Shown here: positions 57,209-64,000 of the stretch, piece after piece
How positions within the stretch are numbered: the first letter of the stretch is position 1
How the letters are laid out: every line of letters starts with the position of its first letter
Assembly (NCBI GenBank): GCA_910576845.1
Contig: CAJTJA010000001.1
Span: 56,713 to 120,712 of the forward strand
Reading direction: 5' to 3'
Source of the DNA: an uncultured Oscillibacter sp.
GTDB taxonomy: Bacteria > Bacillota > Clostridia > Oscillospirales > Oscillospiraceae
Length of the DNA: 64,000 nt
Notes under the pieces: model-generated
Told to the model about the DNA's origin: nothing
What the model saw: only the letters and a program-made list of their open reading frames with translations
The model's database searches: none
Made by a program: the position numbers and the translations under genes

Positions 57209-57302
57209 CTCCTCATCTGTCGTTTCCGCCGGATTTGGCACCTTTCCATGCAGGTTGCCGTGGCTTCATTGGGCCGTTCCCTCCGCCACTCTTGATAAGG
57301 AT
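57209..57302 (-). ncRNA. SAM-I (S-box) riboswitch
   Basis: CTTATCAAGAG.GG.GGAGGGA..GGCCC.ATGAAGCC.CGGCAACC..AAGGTGCCAAATCC..AGATGAG upstream of metK. Confidence 0.95.
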
Positions 57303-57552
57303 ATAAACTTGTATGCCTATTCTAACATGTCCCGTCCGTTTGTCAAGAGTTCATTCACGTTTTTTCGCCGCATTTTTTTGCCTCTGGCGGCAATGTTCAA
57401 AAAATGTTGGTGACTTTTTCCGGCGAACGGGGTATAATAGCCGCAAATAGTCATTTTACTCATTCCATGTATATTCCAGCCGTTCTTTGCATCTGCGGCG
57501 CAATGCTTGCCGCGGCTTCCGCATTTCAGACACATTTTAGGAGGGAATTCCT

Positions 57553-58422
57553 TTGAGAAAACTGAACAGCGCTATGGAACGCTTTGCGCTCCGGCATCCA
57601 AACTTCGGCATAGCTAATCTGATGCTTTACATTATCATTGGAAATGCCGTCATGTTCTTTCTGCTGCGCATGACCAACGGTCAGGCCCTCCAATTTCTGG
57701 GGTTCGAGTGGGGCTATGTTCTCCGGGGACAGCTCTGGCGGCTTGTGAGCTTTATTTTTGTTCCCCAGACGCTGGAACCCTTCAGCCTGATCCTGTCCCT
57801 TTACTTCACCTGGTTCATCGGTACTATGCTGGAGAGGGAATGGGGCACGCCCAAATTTAATCTCTACTATGTCTCCGGCGTCATTCTTACCATTGTCACC
57901 GGCATTGTCAGCCATTACGCCTTCGGCTTCAGCATGATACTGGGAACCTACTATGTGAGCATGTCCATGTTCCTGGCCTTTGCGGCGCTGTATCCCGACG
58001 CTCAGCTGATGCTGCTGTACATCATCCCTGTGAAAGCCAAATGGCTGGCCCTGGCAGATGTGGCTCTCTTTGCTGTGGACGTAATCGGAGCCCTGTTCCG
58101 GGGCAGTTTTCTCAATGCCCTGCTTCCGGTGGTGGCACTGCTGAATTTTCTGGTCTTCTTTTGGTGCGAAATTGCAGACCAGCTCAGCCGGCGGCGGAAT
58201 TTTGCCAGGCACCGGAATTCCCGCCAGACCATCCAGTTTAAAAGCGCTGTCCGTCAGCAGCGGAAGAAAGAAGCCCAGCAGGGGTATCGCCATAAGTGTT
58301 CCGTCTGCGGCCGGACCGACACGGAATATCCGGACATGGAATTCCGCTACTGCTCCCGCTGCGCCGGATATCACTGCTTCTGTCAGGATCACATTTTCAA
58401 CCACGAGCATTTTAAGGAGTAA
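57553..58422 (+). CDS. rhomboid-superfamily membrane protein with C-terminal Cys/His zinc finger
   Basis: GQLWRLVSFIF (WR motif), LEREWG..KF, FAALYPD, PVKAKWL; CSVC..CSRC..CFCQDH..HEH; TTG start. Confidence 0.8.
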   Translation: MRKLNSAMERFALRHPNFGIANLMLYIIIGNAVMFFLLRMTNGQALQFLGFEWGYVLRGQLWRLVSFIFVPQTLEPFSLILSLYFTWFIGTMLEREWGTPKFNLYYVSGVILTIVTGIVSHYAFGFSMILGTYYVSMSMFLAFAALYPDAQLMLLYIIPVKAKWLALADVALFAVDVIGALFRGSFLNALLPVVALLNFLVFFWCEIADQLSRRRNFARHRNSRQTIQFKSAVRQQRKKEAQQGYRHKCSVCGRTDTEYPDMEFRYCSRCAGYHCFCQDHIFNHEHFKE

Positions 58423-58428
58423 GCATTT

Positions 58429-60348
58429 ATGAAACCGTCCATAAAGCCTCACTTTCCTAAGAAGATTTATCTCTCTCTTCCGCTGTCTTTGCTGGCAGCG
58501 GTGCTGCTGACAGGGTTTATCACTCTGCTGGCTCTGTGGTGCCAGCCAAATTCCTTCCGGACCGTAGTGGTGCCCTGCCTCCTCCGAATGCCAGTCACCA
58601 TTATTATGAACTCCTTGCCCGTAGGGCTTCTGCTGCTGTTTTTCGCCTGCCTGTTTTCCAACGTACTCTATGGCGCCGCGCTGACAAACCTGATTGTCTG
58701 CGGTCTCTCCATTGTCAACCGGATTAAAATCGAGGTCCGGGACGAGCCTCTGTTTCCCCGGGATTTCGCCCTCTTAAAAGAAGCCGCCAACGCCGCTTCC
58801 ACCTACAGCATCAATTACCCCGTCAAGACTATTGCCGCCGTCGCCGCAGCAACATTGATTTTTGCGGTGCTGGGCCTTGTTTTCAAGCACCAGCCCTTTC
58901 CCGCGCCCCGTCTCCACGGCTGGCCGGGACGGCTTTTGGGCGCCGCCGCCAGCATTGGCATTCTGGCGCTTCTGATCGTCACCGCCTACCGTTCCAACAA
59001 TCCCCTGAGCGACTTTATCACCAAAGGAATTTCCGTATCCAATCCCTACCGGCTCTCCACGGTGTTCAATGAAACCGGATTTCCATACAATTTCTGCTGC
59101 CAATTTACCACTTACACCATTGACCGCCCGGAGGGGTACAGCCGTTCCGCCGCCGAAGGCTGGGAGCAGGGCGGCCAGCCCGCCACCCCGCCGGACGTCC
59201 ATGTCGTCATGGTCATGGACGAGGCCTTCTCCGACATTACGGACGAGGATGTTTTCACCTATGATACAAAGGACGATCCCCTGCCCAATCTCCACGCCCT
59301 TCGCCAGGATGAGCACTGCCTCTCCGGTCACATTGTGGTGCCCGGCTTTGCCGGAGGCACCGCCAACACGGAGTTCGACGTCCTGACCGGAATGCAGAGC
59401 AACGCCCTCTCCACCACCACTACCTCCGCCATGCGGGTGGTAAACCGAAACTTGGACAGCCTGCACCGTCTTTTCCGGGAGGACGGCTGCCACACTTCTT
59501 TCTTCCATCCCGGCGACGACTGGTTCTATAACCGGGAAAATGTTTACCGCTGGTTTGGGGCGGAGGAAACCATTTTTAAAGACGAAATGCAGGACATTCG
59601 CTACAAGGGCAGCGGAGGCTGGGTGGCGGACGATTATGCGGCGGAGCTGATCGAAGCAAAATTCCTGGAAGCAGTCAGCGCAGGCAAAACGCTGTTCAAC
59701 TACACCACCACCATTCAAAATCACATGTCCTATGTGCCTGAAAAATACGGTCCGGATTACGACTTCCCGCCGCTGCAGGCCAGTGTTTCTTTATCGGAGC
59801 AGGCCGAAACCATGCTGAAGGTCTATGTGGAGGGGGCCAGAGATGCAGACGCCATGCTGGGCCGGCTGCACCGGTTCTTCTCTGCACAGGATGAGCCTGT
59901 AGTGCTGGTCTTCTTTGGGGACCACCTCCCCTATTTGGGCGACAACCAATTGGCTTATCGGGAGCTGGGACTGGACATCGGCCCGGCAGACAACGGCCAG
60001 ATGTCCCTGCGTTCTTTTGAAACGCCCTATGTAATCTGGGCCAACGACGCCGCAGCTCAGGCCCTGGACTGGCAGAGCACCGCCGCTTCGCTGGAGCTCC
60101 CGGAAGACGGCGTCATCAGCGCCTGCTATCTGGGAGCCATCCTGGTGGAACTGACAGGCCGCGAAGGGGAAAGCCCCTGGTTCGATTTCCTGAATCAGCT
60201 GCGCCGCGAAGTCCCTGTCGTGCAAAAAAGTGACTATGTCTCCATAGACGGCAGCGCGTTTACGGAGCCCACCCCGGAACTGTCGGCCGACATTGCCAAA
60301 TGGAGGCAGTGGAGCTATTACAAGCTCTGCCATAAAGATATTTCATGA
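58429..60348 (+). CDS. LTA synthase (LtaS-like sulfatase superfamily)
   Basis: N-terminal TMs, MDEAF, GGTANTEF, NH, FFGDH. Confidence 0.88.
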   Translation: MKPSIKPHFPKKIYLSLPLSLLAAVLLTGFITLLALWCQPNSFRTVVVPCLLRMPVTIIMNSLPVGLLLLFFACLFSNVLYGAALTNLIVCGLSIVNRIKIEVRDEPLFPRDFALLKEAANAASTYSINYPVKTIAAVAAATLIFAVLGLVFKHQPFPAPRLHGWPGRLLGAAASIGILALLIVTAYRSNNPLSDFITKGISVSNPYRLSTVFNETGFPYNFCCQFTTYTIDRPEGYSRSAAEGWEQGGQPATPPDVHVVMVMDEAFSDITDEDVFTYDTKDDPLPNLHALRQDEHCLSGHIVVPGFAGGTANTEFDVLTGMQSNALSTTTTSAMRVVNRNLDSLHRLFREDGCHTSFFHPGDDWFYNRENVYRWFGAEETIFKDEMQDIRYKGSGGWVADDYAAELIEAKFLEAVSAGKTLFNYTTTIQNHMSYVPEKYGPDYDFPPLQASVSLSEQAETMLKVYVEGARDADAMLGRLHRFFSAQDEPVVLVFFGDHLPYLGDNQLAYRELGLDIGPADNGQMSLRSFETPYVIWANDAAAQALDWQSTAASLELPEDGVISACYLGAILVELTGREGESPWFDFLNQLRREVPVVQKSDYVSIDGSAFTEPTPELSADIAKWRQWSYYKLCHKDIS

Positions 60349-60860
60349 AAAGCCGCTCCACTGCCCTCTGCGGTGTGCTTACTGCCTTGGCGGTAATGTT
60401 TCTATGCCTTGGAAGCGTCATCCCCGCCGCAGTGCTCTGCGCCCCCATTCTGGCCATGGCGCTTCTCCTGCCTGTACTGGAGGAGCTGGGGCCCAAGTTC
60501 GCCGGGCTAGTCTACGCCGCCGTATCCATTCTGTCTCTGCTGCTGGTCCCGAACCGGGAAACTTCTCTTGTCTATCTGTTTTTTGGCTGGTATCCCCTCC
60601 TTCGGCCAAAAATTGCCGCGCTCCCCGTTCGGCCTCTGCGGGTCCTGGCCCGGCTGGCAGTGTGCACCACCACCGCTCTTCTGCTCTATGGCCTGGTTTT
60701 AAGGCTTATGGGTCTGACGGAAGACCTGTTGGAGGCTGCCTGGTATTTTCATGCGGCGTTGCTGGCGGCAGGAAACGTGCTGTTCCTTCTGACAGATTCC
60801 ACGCTGGCTCGCCTGACGAGCCTCTGGCACTGGAAACTGAAAAAATTTCTGTATCGTTAA
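60345..60860 (+). CDS. hypothetical membrane protein (DUF2232-like)
   Basis: ATGA overlap; multi-TM; ALCGVLTAL, FFGWYP. Confidence 0.7.
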   Translation: MKSRSTALCGVLTALAVMFLCLGSVIPAAVLCAPILAMALLLPVLEELGPKFAGLVYAAVSILSLLLVPNRETSLVYLFFGWYPLLRPKIAALPVRPLRVLARLAVCTTTALLLYGLVLRLMGLTEDLLEAAWYFHAALLAAGNVLFLLTDSTLARLTSLWHWKLKKFLYR

Positions 60861-60881
60861 TGTATTTTTTGAGGTGATTCC

Positions 60882-61739
60882 ATGAAAACCGCACTGGTCC
60901 TGGAGGGCGGAGCCCTGCGGACCATCTATTCCTCCGGCGTATGCGACGCCTTTTTGGACGGAGAGCTTCCTCTCCCGGATTACACTCTGGGCGTCTCTGC
61001 CGGCATTGCCTATGGCGTCAGCTACCTCTCCCGGCAGAGCCGCCGAAACCTTCAGCTCATCTGCCGGTTTGCCGGTGACAAACGCTATATGGGCTGGCGA
61101 AATCTGGCAGACCGGAAAAACCGCTCCTATTTTGGGCTTCAGTTCGCCTATGAAACCATTCCCAACGAACTGATACCCTTTGATTACGACACCTTCGAAC
61201 GTTACCCCGGCCGGGCAGAGGCCGTAGTCACCAACCTGTGCACCGGACAGGCGGAATACCTTCCCGTTCCCCGGCGGGACTCTCCCAACCTGCTTTTGGA
61301 GGCCACCTGTGCCATTCCGCTGATGTTTCCCGTTATTCGGATAGACGGTCAGCCTTACTTGGACGGCGGCTGTGCCGATGCCATCCCCTGGCGGCATGCC
61401 CTGGACCAGGGCTATGACCGGCTTGTGGTAGTGCTGACCCGGGAGCGGACATACCGCAAAAGGCCCGGCCGCTCTGACCAAATTATTGCTAGGGCTTTTA
61501 AAAAGCACCCCCATTTTCAGGAGACTATGCAAACCCGTTCAGAGCGCTATAACGCCTGCCGGGAGGAGCTGTTCGCCCTGGAACAGCAGGGAAAGGTTCT
61601 GGTCATCGCCCCGAAGGACACGCTCGGATGCTCCCGAACGGAAAAGGACCTGACGATTCTCAGGGCGCTGTGGCAGGAAGGCTATTTCGATGGGCGCCGG
61701 GAAATTGAGCGGGTCCGGCAGTTCTGGGCCAGGGAATAA
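60882..61739 (+). CDS. patatin-like phospholipase
   Basis: LEGGALR, GVSAG, DGG. Confidence 0.92.
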   Translation: MKTALVLEGGALRTIYSSGVCDAFLDGELPLPDYTLGVSAGIAYGVSYLSRQSRRNLQLICRFAGDKRYMGWRNLADRKNRSYFGLQFAYETIPNELIPFDYDTFERYPGRAEAVVTNLCTGQAEYLPVPRRDSPNLLLEATCAIPLMFPVIRIDGQPYLDGGCADAIPWRHALDQGYDRLVVVLTRERTYRKRPGRSDQIIARAFKKHPHFQETMQTRSERYNACREELFALEQQGKVLVIAPKDTLGCSRTEKDLTILRALWQEGYFDGRREIERVRQFWARE

Positions 61740-61773
61740 AAGCGGAGCGGCTTTTCAGCCGCTCCGCCGTTTT
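61738..61773. terminator. bidirectional terminator
   Basis: gcggagcggct-tttc-agccgctccgc. Confidence 0.7.
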
Positions 61774-61800
61774 ATATCCGCAGTATTCCGCAGGTTCAGC

Positions 61801-62781
61801 TCAGTCCTCGCACAAACCGGCGGTAATGATGGCCATAGAATAAACCTCCTGGGCATTGCAGCCCCGGGAGAGATCGTTGATCGGGGCGTTGAGGCCCTGA
61901 AGAATGGGGCCGTAAGCGTCAAAAGAGCCCATGCGCTGGCAGATCTTATAGCCGATGTTGCCCGCGTTGATGTCCGGGAAGATGAAGGTGTTGGCCTGGC
62001 CGTGGACGGGGGAGTCGGGGCACTTGGTCTTCATCACCCGGGGAGACACGGCGGCGTCAAACTGGAGCTCGCCATCAACGACGACACCCGGCAGCGAGAA
62101 CTTCGCCTTCTCGCAGGCGCCCCGCATCTTATCCACATCCTCACCAGCGCCGGAGCCATGGGTGGAGTAGCTCAGGAACGCCACCTTGGGGTCAATGCCG
62201 AAAGTCCGGGCAGTTGCCACCGTCTCCGTGGCAATCTCCACCAGCTCATCCTCGGAAGGCTTGATATTAATGGCGCAGTCTGCCATGGCAAAGACGTCGG
62301 GGTCGCCGGTGGCGGAGGGACGCACCAAGATAAAGCAGCTGGACACAATCTTGCAGCCGGGCTTCGTCTTGATCAGCTGAAGGGCAGGGCGGACCGTGTC
62401 GGCGGTTGAATAGGTAGCGCCGCCCAGCAGAGCGTCGGCATAGCCCATCTTCACCAGCATGGTTCCGAAGTAGTTGCCCTGCTTCAACGCAACGCGGCAC
62501 TGCTCCTCGGTCATCTTGCCCTTGCGGAGCGCCACCATCTCGGCCACCATCTTATCCATATCCTCAAATGTCTCGGGATCCAAAATCTCCGCGCCCTTAA
62601 CATTAAACCCAACTTCCTCGGCGGCAGTCAGAATCTCTTCCCGGTTGCCCACCAGCACGGGCATCAGGAAGGTAGCGGACAGCAGCCGGGCGGCGGCTTC
62701 CAGAATGCGGGGATCGGTGCCTTCAGTAAACACGATTTTGCGGGGATGGGCTTTCAGCTTTTTGATCAGAAATTCAAACAT
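61801..62781 (-). CDS. pta: phosphate acetyltransferase
   Basis: IVF.EG.D.R, LSYST.GS, DGELQFDAA, GNIGYK, NDLSRGC. Confidence 0.95.
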   Translation of the reverse strand: MFEFLIKKLKAHPRKIVFTEGTDPRILEAAARLLSATFLMPVLVGNREEILTAAEEVGFNVKGAEILDPETFEDMDKMVAEMVALRKGKMTEEQCRVALKQGNYFGTMLVKMGYADALLGGATYSTADTVRPALQLIKTKPGCKIVSSCFILVRPSATGDPDVFAMADCAINIKPSEDELVEIATETVATARTFGIDPKVAFLSYSTHGSGAGEDVDKMRGACEKAKFSLPGVVVDGELQFDAAVSPRVMKTKCPDSPVHGQANTFIFPDINAGNIGYKICQRMGSFDAYGPILQGLNAPINDLSRGCNAQEVYSMAIITAGLCED

Positions 62782-63007
62782 GTCTCTTCCTCCAGATGTA
62801 CAAATCTTTGCTGAGGTTCTATGGCTCTATTATACACTTTTGCCCGCTCCGGTCAATCCAAATTTCAGGCCCGTCCCATAAAAATTTACGGTTCTGTCAC
62901 CATTTTCCAGCCGTGATATGGCACACTGATTTCATTCGGCCGGACATTTCCCGTCGAAAAAACGGAAAGTATTCCGAAATCTTTCGTTTTTTTGCCCCTT
63001 CCAGGAC

Positions 63008-63059
63008 TTGACGGCAGGAGAAAAAAGCGGTATGATAATCAATAGTAACAAATTGTAAC
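63008..63059 (+). promoter_or_regulatory. sigma-A promoter followed by a GTAAC direct repeat
   Basis: TTGACG-17-TATGAT; AGTAAC-AAAT-TGTAAC at 63044-63059. Confidence 0.55.
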
Positions 63060-63123
63060 TTTTTGACCCGCCTGCTTTTCTCTCCCGAGCATCGGAGAAC
63101 GCAGGCCGTATACGAGGAGACCT

Positions 63124-64000
63124 ATGAGCGAAGACATTAAAAAATCGGCTGTCCAAACTCCCCCTCTCCAAAGCGGGCCGCAGAGCGCCGGACAGTCCCA
63201 AGAGGACATTCGCAAAACGGAAGCCGCGCTTCAAGAAACCGAGACGTTTTCCCAGGGGTGGAGTCCCTGGCGGGACCTGGAACAAAGCTTGGACCTGCCC
63301 CCCTCCATACGGGACTGGGAGCCGGAACCCAGGGAACCGGCGCGCCATGCCAAGCAGCGTGCGTCCAACCGCCGGAGCACAGGACGGACCGCTCAAAACC
63401 GGGGACGCCGGAGTGCCGCTCCCCGTCAGTCCCGGCAGCGCGAACGTCAGGAAACTCCCGAAAATCCAGCTGCCGTCCGTCAGACGCTTGCCCAGCGGAA
63501 ACTTCATTTCCGCCGTCGCTGGCGGCGCATTATCCGGGAAAACAAAGCCCACCGCTTCCCGGAGTCTGAACGGCTGCCCGTTCAATTGATGCTGTTTTTC
63601 TGGGGATTGCTGCCTATGTGGGGAAGCCTGATTCAGGAGGCCCTCCTTCAGAAAAACCGTGCCTCCCGGCAGAAGAGCGCCCGAAGCGCCCAAAAAAAGC
63701 ACTGGCGCGTTCATCCTGCGGTTTTTTTGGCGGGCGGCTGTGTACTGGCGGCTGTGCTGCTGTTCTTCTCCACCTACACCAACGGCGTCACTGTCACCTA
63801 TGACGGTAAGGTTCTGGCTTCCCTAGCCAGTCAATCAGAAGCGGAAGAAGCCAGGTCGGAGCTGGAAAAGGTCACTGCCCAAACCCTGGGCCGAACCTTT
63901 ACCATTGACGATTCTCTGATTCAATACTCTTCCGGTCTTCTTCGCCGGCAGGATCTGGTGGACAAAAAGACCTATGAGGAAGAGCTCAGCCAGGAAGTCG
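63124..64000 (+). CDS. 5' part of a membrane-anchored protein, probably a LysM/G5/M23 peptidoglycan endopeptidase (runs off the window)
   Basis: open frame from ATG 63124 (GAGGAG RBS) to window end; long charged N-terminus, TM, then YT.GV.V.YDG..L; catalytic domain not visible. Confidence 0.55.
   Translation, partial: MSEDIKKSAVQTPPLQSGPQSAGQSQEDIRKTEAALQETETFSQGWSPWRDLEQSLDLPPSIRDWEPEPREPARHAKQRASNRRSTGRTAQNRGRRSAAPRQSRQRERQETPENPAAVRQTLAQRKLHFRRRWRRIIRENKAHRFPESERLPVQLMLFFWGLLPMWGSLIQEALLQKNRASRQKSARSAQKKHWRVHPAVFLAGGCVLAAVLLFFSTYTNGVTVTYDGKVLASLASQSEAEEARSELEKVTAQTLGRTFTIDDSLIQYSSGLLRRQDLVDKKTYEEELSQEV

Noticed and set aside
1..64000. CRISPR array, prophage, transposase, retron/DGR or other defence locus
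   Set aside because: No regularly spaced repeats and no cas, RT, integrase, transposase or phage structural motifs found

Overview
A GC-rich (Oscillospiraceae/Oscillibacter-like, spore-forming Clostridia) chromosomal window made mostly of core and housekeeping genes: lgt, two M16 peptidases, spoIIP, two ECF sigma/anti-sigma pairs, yigZ, hflX, rpmE, a Zn ABC pair, a sugar ABC plus inositol-type dehydrogenase, pgsA-rimO-recX-recA-prmC, a two-component system, glycolipid glycosyltransferases, a BceAB-type transporter, rpsF-ssb-rpsR, tRNA-Gly(CCC), ptsI/ptsH, amylosucrase/fructokinase, an MCP, metK with a SAM-I riboswitch, an ltaS-like gene, patatin and pta. I saw no CRISPR array, prophage, integrase or transposase. 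The most unusual signals are: (1) two independent ~0.55 kb divergent cassettes (XRE repressor plus a small QAFxxGxRxG protein) wedged in identical fashion into conserved operons; (2) a cytoplasmic ParB/Srx-like::BMP fusion coupled to a metallophosphoesterase; (3) a chemoreceptor whose CZB zinc domain lies between its TM helices; (4) a rhomboid pseudoprotease with an AN1-like zinc finger; (5) at least two families of short TIR-bounded MITE-like elements; (6) decayed folD and pspC relics that the ORF track does not reveal. All family calls come from motif recognition by eye; no searches were run.
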